Source: Nitrospirota bacterium
GTDB lineage: Bacteria > Nitrospirota > UBA9217
NCBI GenBank assembly: GCA_963796285.1
Contig: CAWCKW010000001.1
Span: 193 to 64,192 of the forward strand
Direction of reading: 5' to 3'
Length of the DNA: 64,000 nt
Shown one piece after another: positions 51,729 through 60,661 of this stretch. Made by a program: the position numbers and the translations under genes. The notes under the pieces are model-generated. The model worked only from the letters and a program-made list of their open reading frames with translations. It was not told the origin of the DNA and did not search any database. Position 1 is the stretch's first letter. Each line of letters opens with the position of its first letter.

Positions 51729-52493
51729 ATGGACATCAAACCGATCATTATCATAGCAGTTCTGGTCCTTATTTTTACGCTGGAAGAATTCATTCCTCAT
51801 ATGCTGGGACGCAGACTGAGGATCAGGCATGCACTACCTCACGTACTGACCGCGGTCATAAACGGTCTCCTGACACGGTTTTTTATCGTCGGCATGACGA
51901 TGCAGGTGACCGGCTGGGCACAGACGTATTCGCTGGGGCTCGTGAGGATGGCGGAACTTCCCGCCGCGGCACGCTTGATCGTTGTGTTCCTTCTCTTCGA
52001 TATCTGGATGTATTACTGGCATATGGCGAACCACCGGTTCTCCTTTTTCTGGCGGTTCCACCGGGCGCACCATTCGGACATCGAGATGGACACAACCACA
52101 GCGCTCCGGTTCCATCCCGGAGAATTGCTTCTTTCCTCATTCATACGGCTTCCCGTTCTTATCTTGATCGGGATGAGCTTCGGCGAGCTGGTGCTCTTTG
52201 AGGTCATACTGAACATCTCGACCCTGTTCCATCACAGCAATCTCGCCCTGCCCGAGGCAGGGGACCGCCTGCTTCGCGTCCTCATCGTGACACCGAACAT
52301 GCATCGGGTGCACCACTCAGTTGAGCGCGATGAGACGGACTCTAACTATACCAGCATCCTCTCGCTCTGGGACCGGCTTGCCGGCACGTTCAGGATGCGT
52401 GAGGATACACGGACCATTACCCTGGGTTTGCCGTCCTACCGGGAAGAAAAGTATCAGCGTTTGTGGGGATTTCTGATCACGCCGCTCCAATAA
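51729..52493 (+). CDS. Fatty acid hydroxylase / sterol desaturase family membrane protein.
   Basis: His boxes HMANH, HRAHHS and HRVHHS. Multi-TM. Confidence 0.8.
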   Translation: MDIKPIIIIAVLVLIFTLEEFIPHMLGRRLRIRHALPHVLTAVINGLLTRFFIVGMTMQVTGWAQTYSLGLVRMAELPAAARLIVVFLLFDIWMYYWHMANHRFSFFWRFHRAHHSDIEMDTTTALRFHPGELLLSSFIRLPVLILIGMSFGELVLFEVILNISTLFHHSNLALPEAGDRLLRVLIVTPNMHRVHHSVERDETDSNYTSILSLWDRLAGTFRMREDTRTITLGLPSYREEKYQRLWGFLITPLQ

Positions 52494-52533
52494 CCGACAT
52501 CGTGGAAAAAGTCTGAAGGGTGCTAATACTCAG

Positions 52534-53179
52534 ATGGTCATGAACACTCAGAACAAAAAGATCGCCGAGATCATACGGAGGCTTAAAAAAGAGTATTCCG
52601 GCACACCTCAGACGGCGCTTCGTTATTCTACGCCGTTTGAGCTGCTTGTTGCCACGATCCTCTCGGCCCAGACCACGGATGTGCTCGTGAACAAGGTGAC
52701 CGAGGGCCTGTTTAAAAAATACCGGTCAGTTCAGGATGTTGCGGACACCACGCCGGAAATACTCGCCCAGGACATCCGGTCCGTGAATTTCTTTAACACG
52801 AAGGCGAAGAACATCAACAATACCGCGAGGCTGCTTATCGAGAAATTCGGAGGCAGGGTCCCGCAGACCATGGAAGAGCTTGTCTCGCTGCCGGGTGTGG
52901 CTCGGAAAACGGCGAACATCGTGTTGTCTTGCGCCTTCGGCATCAACGAAGGGATAGCCGTGGACACGCACGTGAAGCGGCTTGCCTATCGCCTTGGCCT
53001 GACGAAGCACGACGACCCGGTGAAGATCGAACAGGACCTGCTTGCGATCACGCCAAAAGAAGAATGGGGGCATTTATCTCACCTGCTGATATTCCACGGC
53101 AGGAAGGTCTGCCAGGCGAAAAAGGCCGACCATACAGGCATGCGTCCTTGTTGATATCTGCCCGTCGAAGAATATATGA
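52534..53179 (+). CDS. nth: Endonuclease III. The C-terminal Fe-S motif is reached only after a frameshift at about 53120-53135.
   Basis: LVATILSAQTTD, HhH motif LPGVARKTANIVL, DTHVKRL, HGRKVCQAKK. The shifted frame then gives IQACVLVDICPSKNI. Confidence 0.85.
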
Positions 53180-53395
53180 GCCCGCGGAGCGGGGGAGTTT
53201 GAGCAATATTTGCTGTTGTTTCCGGCCGTGCTTCTATGATATACTAATATATTCATTTACCTGGCAGCGCCCCATCGTCATTATACATCCTTCCTTCCTC
53301 GAATCGATATCCTTGCAGAGAGGGGCACACAGTATGCGGTACTTTTCCCGACGGTTTTCATCCTTCCGGTTCTTGCTGGAACTGCGCTTCTGCTC

Positions 53396-54169
53396 ATGGG
53401 AGCGGGATACCAGGTGGAAAGCTGTATAACCAGCAGCGTTACCAGCAGTGCGACGAACAGCACATCGAGCAGCGCGATCACAAGGGCGACGGGAAGCATA
53501 ACGAGCAGAATGACGAACAGCCTGTCAAGCCGTGTGAGCAGCAGCGTCACGGTCAGAGTGACTAGTAAGGTGATCGCGACCCCAGTGACCCTCTCTCCCG
53601 CCGCTGAAGAACTTGCTAAAACCCTCAAGTTCGATCGAAGGGTCCTTCTTATAGCAAAAGAAGCGACAGCGGACCACATTGGAAGGCTGATCGGCTTCGA
53701 TGAGGAGGGTTACCAGATCATCGCTCCCGGTATCGTTGTATCGGTGCCGGAAGACAAGACGGACCACATTCTTTCCTCGCTCCGTCGGCATCTGCTTCCG
53801 CTCAAGTACACGCCTTTTGTTGTGGAAATGAACGCCGGCCTCAAGATCGAGAAGATCGGCATCCTGAAAGGCACGGACCAATACGAGATCCTGCGAATCA
53901 TGCATACCAATGGTGATGACTACGATATCTCGAATCAGGATGTGATCGAGCGATTGAAAGAGTGGGAGACACATTCACCCTTTGACATCATAGGGGCGGA
54001 CGGCGATTGGGTGGAGATCGAGTTCAAGATATTGCCAAAGGACCTGAAGGCTTTTGCCGAGGAAGTGTATGATTTCTGTCCCGATGCCGTGGATCAGGGG
54101 CCGGGGAGTATTGCCGAACTTGCGAAAGAAATTCAGAAGACGAAAAAACTGTTCTTGTGGTGGGATTGA
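53396..54169 (+). CDS. DUF4253 domain protein. The N-terminal extent is uncertain.
   Basis: The C-terminal part YDISNQDVIERLKEWE...DWVEIEF...EVYDFCPDAVDQG...KLFLWWD matches my memory of DUF4253. The first ~60 codons are Ser/Thr low complexity. An internal GTG at 53584 with an AAGGTG RBS is an alternative start. Confidence 0.7.
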   Translation: MGAGYQVESCITSSVTSSATNSTSSSAITRATGSITSRMTNSLSSRVSSSVTVRVTSKVIATPVTLSPAAEELAKTLKFDRRVLLIAKEATADHIGRLIGFDEEGYQIIAPGIVVSVPEDKTDHILSSLRRHLLPLKYTPFVVEMNAGLKIEKIGILKGTDQYEILRIMHTNGDDYDISNQDVIERLKEWETHSPFDIIGADGDWVEIEFKILPKDLKAFAEEVYDFCPDAVDQGPGSIAELAKEIQKTKKLFLWWD

Positions 54170-54208
54170 CCGGTCAGCGCCGGGAGGATTTTTCGAGGTC
54201 CGTTGAAG

Positions 54209-54240
54209 ACAAAAAAGCAGGCGGTTTATGCCGCCTGCTT
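54209..54240 (-). terminator. Rho-independent terminator for the Ala/Lys-rich protein gene.
   Basis: aagcaggcgg / ccgcctgctt 10-bp stem, followed on the minus strand by a T6 run. Confidence 0.75.
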
Positions 54241-54306
54241 AAAGTTCCATCTACTGACAATAAAGCTTTTCTCCGCCCTGTATAATGAATTAGCGGTATA
54301 GGTGAA

Positions 54307-54557
54307 TTACTTTGCTGCCGGTGCTGCTTCCGGTGCTGCTGCGGTGCTGCCGCTTCTTCCTTCTTCTTCATTTCTGCCTTCTTCGCAGCCTTTTTCTTTG
54401 CAGCCTTCTTCTTTGCAACCTTCTTTGCAGCCTTCTTTGCCGGGGCCTTCTCCGCTGTTGCTGTCGGAGCTGATGCCGGTGCCATCTCCTCTGCGAATGC
54501 TACGCCGAGGGTGAGGGCAAACGCCATTGCTGTGAAAATCGCGATAATCTTTTTCAT
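54307..54557 (-). CDS. Secreted Ala/Lys-rich (histone-H1-like AKKA repeat) protein. Apparent frameshift inside a GCAGCACCG repeat at about 54345.
   Basis: Signal peptide MKKIIAIFTAMAFALTLGVAFA, then AEKAPAKKAAKKVAKKKAAKKKAAKKAE. The shifted frame ends AAAPEAAPAAK-stop at 54307, upstream of the terminator. The unshifted ORF (to 54174) would run through the terminator. Confidence 0.5.
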
Positions 54558-54999
54558 TTGTATTCACCTCCCTTCCTGAATTAAGATTCGATATATCTAC
54601 CAGATTATACAAACATTGTCAAGTTTAATCATGATTTCTGCTGTATTCTCATAATTATTTGTTGCGATGTGCAGTGCTGCCCCGCTGCTGCTGTATGGGA
54701 ACATCAGGCAGGAATGAGCGTATGAGTATGAGTATGGTAAATATAATATGAATCAAGCAGTTGAGGGCACTATTATTGGCATCAATAGTAATATATAGTC
54801 AGGCAGTCATTTCTTGACAATCAGGGGTGATTCAGTTAGATTAAATTTGCCTTATAATGCAGGTGCAGGCGTATAAAAGATCGTTCATTCTCAGTTCTCA
54901 CCACTATCGAGTAGAATTTTAAAAAACAATTTAGTGTTTTAACTAATAATTGTGTTCGGGATCTCGATATCAGGATTTCGGATTTATTACAAGCAATGC

Positions 55000-56106
55000 A
55001 TGGAGAGGACACCCATCAGGAAACCTAAAGGTCTCAGGGCATATGTGCTTGCGGGATTGCTCGCGCTCATCACCCTTGTCCATTACCTGGTGGGCGGTGC
55101 ACAAGCAGGTATGCTGCACAGCCTCCTCGGGCATCTGTACATCGTGCCGATCATCCTCGGGGCCTATTGGTTCGGGATCAAGGGCGGGGTAGGTGTTTCC
55201 CTGGCCTCGACGGTCCTGTTTTTACCGCACCTGTTCCTGCACTGGCATGACCCCTTATTAGAAGTCTACAACTACACAGAACTGTTCCTCTTTCTCCTGA
55301 TCGGCAGTGTCACCGGCGTGATGAGCCAGATGGAGCGAAAACAGCGCATGCGGTATGAAGAATCCCTCCTCAGGCTCGATGAGTCTCATAGGAAGCTCAA
55401 GGATCAGACAGACATCCTTTTTCAGACCGAGGAACAGCTTCGCCGCGCCGACCGCTTGTCTGCCCTCGGCGAACTGTCCGCTGGCATGGCCCACGAGATC
55501 AGGAACCCGCTGGGTTCGATCAAGGGAGCCGTCGAGATCCTGAGGGATGATTATGGTCCAGAGGAGCCCAAGTACGAGTTCATACAGATACTCTTGAAAG
55601 AGACCGACCGGCTGAATCTGATCGTGCAGGAGTTCCTGGGGTTCGCGCGGCCCAAGCAACCGGAGTTCCAGCAGGCTGATCTGAATGAGGCCATTGAGTC
55701 TGTGCTCACGCTCACGGCGCTGGAAGCGAAAAAGGCCGGAGTAAACATTGAAAAACGGCTTGATCCCTCGATCGGGTTGCGCAGCCTCGACATGAACCTG
55801 CTCAGACAGGCCTTCCTGAACCTGGTCCTGAACGCGATCCAGGCCATGGACGGCGGAGGAGTCCTGACCATAGTAAGTACGCTTCGGGGAGATGCAATCG
55901 AGATCACGGTCGCGGACACCGGTATCGGTATCAGCGAAGAGAACCGGAAGAAGCTCTTCAGCCCTTTTTTTACGACCAAGAAGTACGGTACCGGCCTCGG
56001 CCTTGCGATCACCTACCGGATCATCGAGAATCACCGAGGAACGATCGATGTGACGAGCGGGCAGGGGAAGGGGACGACCTTCACGGTGAAGATCCCGGTC
56101 GCTTAA
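55000..56106 (+). CDS. Membrane sensor histidine kinase (NtrB/AtoS/ZraS-like).
   Basis: Four TM segments, H-box MAHEIRNPLGSI, N box LVLNAIQAM, G boxes DTGIGI and GTGLGL. Confidence 0.85.
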   Translation: MERTPIRKPKGLRAYVLAGLLALITLVHYLVGGAQAGMLHSLLGHLYIVPIILGAYWFGIKGGVGVSLASTVLFLPHLFLHWHDPLLEVYNYTELFLFLLIGSVTGVMSQMERKQRMRYEESLLRLDESHRKLKDQTDILFQTEEQLRRADRLSALGELSAGMAHEIRNPLGSIKGAVEILRDDYGPEEPKYEFIQILLKETDRLNLIVQEFLGFARPKQPEFQQADLNEAIESVLTLTALEAKKAGVNIEKRLDPSIGLRSLDMNLLRQAFLNLVLNAIQAMDGGGVLTIVSTLRGDAIEITVADTGIGISEENRKKLFSPFFTTKKYGTGLGLAITYRIIENHRGTIDVTSGQGKGTTFTVKIPVA

Positions 56107-56207
56107 GACCTTCTGTCACAAATACACGAAGAGTTGATTGGATAAAGAAAAAAAATTCTCAGTTTCTATCTGTTCCTTAGTGACTCCGTGATGAACAGGT
56201 TTCTCTT

Positions 56208-57560
56208 ATGAAAAAATCGGTCATTCTGCTCATAGACGATGACGACAGCCTGCGCCGGGTCATGGAGTTCAGCCTGACCGAGGCGGGACACACTGTCCAG
56301 ACAGCGGCGAGCGGCGAGGACGGGTTGCGGTTGTTCGAAAAAGGCGCCTTTGATGCGGTGATCACCGATATCACCATGCCCGGAATGAGCGGCATGGAGG
56401 TGCTGGCGAAGGTCCGCCAGCGTGTCCCCACCATTCCCGTGATCGTCATTACTGCGTACGGTACGATCGAAAGCGCGGTTGAGGCCATGAAGCAGGGCGC
56501 CTTCGACTACATCACTAAACCGTTCAACCGCGATGAACTTCGGCTTACACTCGAGAAGGCAATCAAGATGCGGCGACTCGAGAAGGAGAACGTGGAGCTT
56601 CGGGCCGAGGTCACGGACCGCTATTGCTTCGAAAGCATTATCGGCAGCAGCGAGAAGATGAAGGAAGTCCTGGACCTGGCAGGGCGCGTGGCCGCAAGCG
56701 ATGCGAGCCTGCTGATCACGGGCGAAAGCGGTACGGGCAAGGAACTGTTGGCCAAGGGCGTGCACTTTAACAGCCAGAGGGCCAACGGGCCCTTTATTGC
56801 CGTAAACTGCGCGGCGATCCCCGAGGCCCTGATCGAGAGCGAGCTTTTCGGCCATGTAAAGGGTTCATTCACCGGCGCGGTGAGGGACAAAGAGGGCAAG
56901 TTCGAGCTTGCCGACGGCGGCACGCTGTTCCTCGACGAGGTCGGCGACCTGCGTATCGATCTGCAGGCCAAGATCCTGCGGGCGCTCCAGGAGCGGGAGG
57001 TCGACCGTGTTGGCGGCAACAAACCCGTGACCGTGGATGTGCGCGTGATCGCGGCGACGAACAAGGACATCGAGCGGGCAGTGAAGGAGGGCGCCTTTCG
57101 CGAGGACCTGTACTACCGCTTGAACGTGATCACGCTCTTCATCCCGCCGCTGCGCGAGCGGAAGGAAGACATCCCCCTGCTTGCCGGTCATTTTCTGAAA
57201 AAGTTCAATACCGACGCCGATGTCCATATGGATGCTTCGGCGCTCTCGGCGCTCACGGCGTACGGCTGGCCCGGCAACGTACGCGAGCTTGAGAACGTGA
57301 TCGAACGGGCATCGGTGCTCAAGCGGGGATCGCTCATAACGCGTGAAGAACTGCCGGATAATCTGAAGAAAGAAAAAATGGGCGTCGAGGACCTTATCCT
57401 CAATATACCTGAACAGGGGATCTCCCTTGAAGAGTTGGAGAAGAAACTCATCATGAAAGCGCTCGACAAGCACAAAGGCAATCAGACGCGGGCAGCCGAA
57501 TTTCTGGGGATCACCAGGCCGACGCTTATCTATCGCATGGAAAAGTTCAGGCTGAAATAA
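56208..57560 (+). CDS. Sigma54-dependent Fis-family response regulator (NtrC/AtoC/ZraR-like).
   Basis: Receiver (LLIDDDD, DITMPGMSG), AAA+ domain (GESGTGKE, GAFREDLYYRL) and a C-terminal Fis HTH (NQTRAAEFLGITRPTLIYRM). Confidence 0.92.
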   Translation: MKKSVILLIDDDDSLRRVMEFSLTEAGHTVQTAASGEDGLRLFEKGAFDAVITDITMPGMSGMEVLAKVRQRVPTIPVIVITAYGTIESAVEAMKQGAFDYITKPFNRDELRLTLEKAIKMRRLEKENVELRAEVTDRYCFESIIGSSEKMKEVLDLAGRVAASDASLLITGESGTGKELLAKGVHFNSQRANGPFIAVNCAAIPEALIESELFGHVKGSFTGAVRDKEGKFELADGGTLFLDEVGDLRIDLQAKILRALQEREVDRVGGNKPVTVDVRVIAATNKDIERAVKEGAFREDLYYRLNVITLFIPPLRERKEDIPLLAGHFLKKFNTDADVHMDASALSALTAYGWPGNVRELENVIERASVLKRGSLITREELPDNLKKEKMGVEDLILNIPEQGISLEELEKKLIMKALDKHKGNQTRAAEFLGITRPTLIYRMEKFRLK

Positions 57561-57656
57561 ACGATGACAGGCGGATAAAAATACTTTTCCAGAACACCGG
57601 ATACGTGTATTATGTCTTGCGCACCAGAGACTATTCTAATATCGGTGGAGGAACGT

Positions 57657-57863
57657 ATGGCAATTTCAAAACTCAAGATACAGGGCATGACCTGCAATCA
57701 CTGTGTGATGCGGGTAGCAAAGGCGCTTAAGGCGCTCCCTGGCGTAACGGACGCCCAGGTAGATCTGCAGAAAGGCGAGGCCGTGGTGACGTATGATGAT
57801 GCCAAAGTCGCGCCGGAAAAGCTTTCTTTTGCTGTGGTAGAGGCCGGTTACAGGGTCGGTTAA
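57657..57863 (+). CDS. copZ: Heavy-metal-associated (CopZ-like) metallochaperone.
   Basis: GGTGGAGGA RBS. KIQGMTCNHCVMRV carries the GMTCxxC motif. 68 aa. Confidence 0.85.
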   Translation: MAISKLKIQGMTCNHCVMRVAKALKALPGVTDAQVDLQKGEAVVTYDDAKVAPEKLSFAVVEAGYRVG

Positions 57864-58151
57864 AAAATTGGCCGGAACCCGTTCCTTGTTGAATAGGACG
57901 TATCAGGGATTTGCGGGTGTGGCGGAATCAGAACCTTGGCGGGGCGGTGATTTCCCCTTCGCTGTGAAGAGGATGTAAGTCTCATCGAACTTCTCAAACG
58001 AGGACAGGAGTGGCAAGGTCAATCTGCCTTTGTCCCTCCTTCCCCAAGAAGGGATTGTTACTTCCTCCCTTTGCGACAGGGCGGTCAGTCGTAAAGGGAG
58101 CAGTTTGCCGAGGTAATTATGAGACCGGTAATAAGTTAATAGAGGTGGCAG

Positions 58152-58910
58152 TTGGACGATACTGGCCGGTGGAAAATCATACTTAAAAAAAAGTTCAGTC
58201 GGCAGCTTCCTCTGGACATTGAATATTGTTCTCCGCTCTCCATTCGGGCCATACTCCTCGATGTCCGCACGCCCGCTCATATCCTTGATCGTATTGCCCA
58301 GGCCTATTGCGATGACCAGGAGATCATGCGAGATCTCGTCCGCTGCCCGAACCTGGATGAGACCACGCTCGCTTTTATAGCGCTGACCGCGTCGGATGAG
58401 ATCAAAGGCTTCATTGCGAGCACCCGCGTCGTTGACGTGGTGTTCGGAGAGGCTGCCTCGGGAGAAGAGGCCCAGCAAGTGACGCCAAAGAAAAAACTGA
58501 ATGTCATGCAGGTCATCCAGAGAATGACCATTCCGCAGAAGGTCAAACTCGCATTGTCCGGGGCAAAGGAAGCCAGGGGCCTGCTTATTCGTGAATCAAG
58601 CAAAACGATCGCAATGTCAGTGCTGGCAAACCCGCGGATCACCCTCGGTGAGATCGAGTTCTTCGCCAAGTCATCGAACCTGAGCGAAGATGTCATCCGT
58701 AAGATTGGGACCAACTCTGAGTGGTCAAAAAAATATGCAGTTGTTTCCGCTCTTGTGAACAACCCCAAGACCCCGGTCGCGATTGCGCTCGGGTTTATCC
58801 CCCGGATCCCTGAACGGGATCTTGCCATACTTGAAAAAAGCCGCAATATCCCTGGACCGGTGCGGACGGCGGCGAGGAACCTGCTCGCTAAGAAAAAAAT
58901 GGGTAAATAA
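58152..58910 (+). CDS. Conserved-looking alpha-helical repeat protein of unknown function.
   Basis: Recurrent units of the type (A/N)NP(K/R)(T/I)(P/T)....(I/L)A (RTPAHILDRIA, CPNLDETTLAFIAL, ANPRITLGEIEFFA, NNPKTPVAIALGFI). TTG start; the true start is uncertain. Confidence 0.55.
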   Translation: MDDTGRWKIILKKKFSRQLPLDIEYCSPLSIRAILLDVRTPAHILDRIAQAYCDDQEIMRDLVRCPNLDETTLAFIALTASDEIKGFIASTRVVDVVFGEAASGEEAQQVTPKKKLNVMQVIQRMTIPQKVKLALSGAKEARGLLIRESSKTIAMSVLANPRITLGEIEFFAKSSNLSEDVIRKIGTNSEWSKKYAVVSALVNNPKTPVAIALGFIPRIPERDLAILEKSRNIPGPVRTAARNLLAKKKMGK

Positions 58911-58977
58911 CAGCGAACCCCCTCCCCGATCTGAAGCGATGGAGACGCTCATATTTCACGATCCCTTGAAAAGGAGA

Positions 58978-59982
58978 ATGACCAGTTACGTGAAGCGTAT
59001 AATTTCCCTTATAGTGTTGGCCGTCGCGCTTGTTGCCGGCTGCACCAGGGCCAGGACCGTCCAGAAGACTGAGCCGATCATGGGTACGGATGTTACGATC
59101 ACGGTTGTGGCGCGGTCGATGGAAGAGGGCGAGGCAGCCATTGAAGCGGGGATGGCGGAGCTGCGACGGCTGGATGACATGATGTCGCTCTACAAGGACA
59201 CGAGCGAGATCTCGAAAGTGAACCTTGCCGCAGGCAGGGAACCGGTAAAAGTATCGCCGGAGATGATCGAGGTCGTTGAACAGGCAGCGGAGATCTCGCG
59301 TCTTTCGGGCGGCGTATTCGATGTGACCATCGGCCCCCTGGTCGTTTTGTGGCAGATGCGGCTCAAGGAGGGCAGGGTCCCTTCGGACGACGAGATCGCG
59401 CGCGTCCGTCCCCTCGTAAATTATCGGAACATCGTTGTTGACAGGACGGCTTCGACGATCTTTCTTAAAAAAACCGGCATGATCATGGACTTCGGCGGTA
59501 TGAAGGGATACACGGCGGACCGGGTCGCAGATCTATTCAGAAAACGGGGCATCAAAAACGCCATTATTGCGGTTGCCGGCGACATCTGGGTGCTGGGGCG
59601 CCGGGACGACGGTACACCCTGGAGGATCGGTGTGCAGCATCCCCGGGAGCATGATAAGACCCTTGCCGTCCTGGATCTCAGCGACAAATATGTTTCCACA
59701 TCCGGGGATTATGAACGGTTCGTCATCAGGGAAAAGAAGCGCTATCATCACATCATCGATCCCCGCACAGGGAAACCGTCAACGGGGGTCATCTCGGTGA
59801 CCCTTGTCGGAGACAGAGGGGCGTTCATCGATCCGCTTGCCAAGGTCCCGTTCATTCTTGGTCCGGAAGAGGGCATGAAGATCGTGAAGAAGTTCGGAGC
59901 CCAGGCAATTATCGTGGATGAGAATGGAAAGGTCTTCATGACCGATGGGATCAAAAACCTGCTGGACCAGCAAGGCCATTAA
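58978..59982 (+). CDS. apbE: FAD:protein FMN transferase (ApbE family) lipoprotein.
   Basis: Lipobox LVAGC. FDVTIGPLVVLW, GGMKGYTADRV, SGDYERF, HHIIDPRTG. An alternative ATG at 58939 is possible. Confidence 0.85.
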   Translation: MTSYVKRIISLIVLAVALVAGCTRARTVQKTEPIMGTDVTITVVARSMEEGEAAIEAGMAELRRLDDMMSLYKDTSEISKVNLAAGREPVKVSPEMIEVVEQAAEISRLSGGVFDVTIGPLVVLWQMRLKEGRVPSDDEIARVRPLVNYRNIVVDRTASTIFLKKTGMIMDFGGMKGYTADRVADLFRKRGIKNAIIAVAGDIWVLGRRDDGTPWRIGVQHPREHDKTLAVLDLSDKYVSTSGDYERFVIREKKRYHHIIDPRTGKPSTGVISVTLVGDRGAFIDPLAKVPFILGPEEGMKIVKKFGAQAIIVDENGKVFMTDGIKNLLDQQGH

Positions 59983-60079
59983 TGCTTTCTTCATGATTTG
60001 TCCTGACCCGGGCAAACCCTGCACAGGGAGGGACAGGCTGGAACAACATGATTGTATGTTTTGACAGGAGTATGACTGC

Positions 60080-60529
60080 ATGAAAAAATCCACACCGATA
60101 AAAGTGATGTTTCTCTGCACCGGCAATGCCTGCCGGAGCCAGATGGCAGAAGGTTTTGCCAGAGCATTGGGAAATGGATTGATCGATGCTTACAGCGCCG
60201 GTATCATAGCAGCAGGAGTTCACCCCCGCGCGATCGCGGTAATGAAAGAGCTCAACATTGATATATCGCGCCAGAAATCGACGGTGATCGATGAGAAACT
60301 GCTGAAGACCATGGACGTGGTCATCACCCTCTGCGGTAACGCCGAAGAAGCTTGTCCGAGGACGCCGCCGGAGATCAAAAGGATCCATTGGCCGATCAAC
60401 GATCCGGTCGGGACTTTGGGTTCAGAGGTGAGGATCATGAAGGAGTTTCGGCGGGCCAGAGATGAGATCAGAAATAGGGTGGATGATTTCATCAACAAGC
60501 TTCTGACGCATGAGGGCAAGGGGGCTTGA
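60080..60529 (+). CDS. arsC: Arsenate reductase, LMW-PTP (thioredoxin-coupled) type.
   Basis: VMFLCTGNACRSQMAEG (CX5R P-loop), and downstream LCGNAEEACP with the relay Cys residues. Confidence 0.85.
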   Translation: MKKSTPIKVMFLCTGNACRSQMAEGFARALGNGLIDAYSAGIIAAGVHPRAIAVMKELNIDISRQKSTVIDEKLLKTMDVVITLCGNAEEACPRTPPEIKRIHWPINDPVGTLGSEVRIMKEFRRARDEIRNRVDDFINKLLTHEGKGA

Positions 60530-60661
60530 ATTAAAACCGCGTTTGATCGAAAAAGGTCGTCAACGAAAAAAACTATTGCGATTGTCCGAAGAGATGGGTA
60601 ATATATGAAGACAAATAATATCTGAGTTCAGGTACTCAGACAAAGAAGGAGGAAGTTGAGA

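Noticed and set aside
57903-58478. 191-aa minus-strand ORF overlapping the start of the helical-repeat gene.
   Set aside because: The + frame shows internally repeated protein-like units from about 58220 onward. The minus-frame product has no motif. The 57903-58150 part remains unexplained non-coding DNA.
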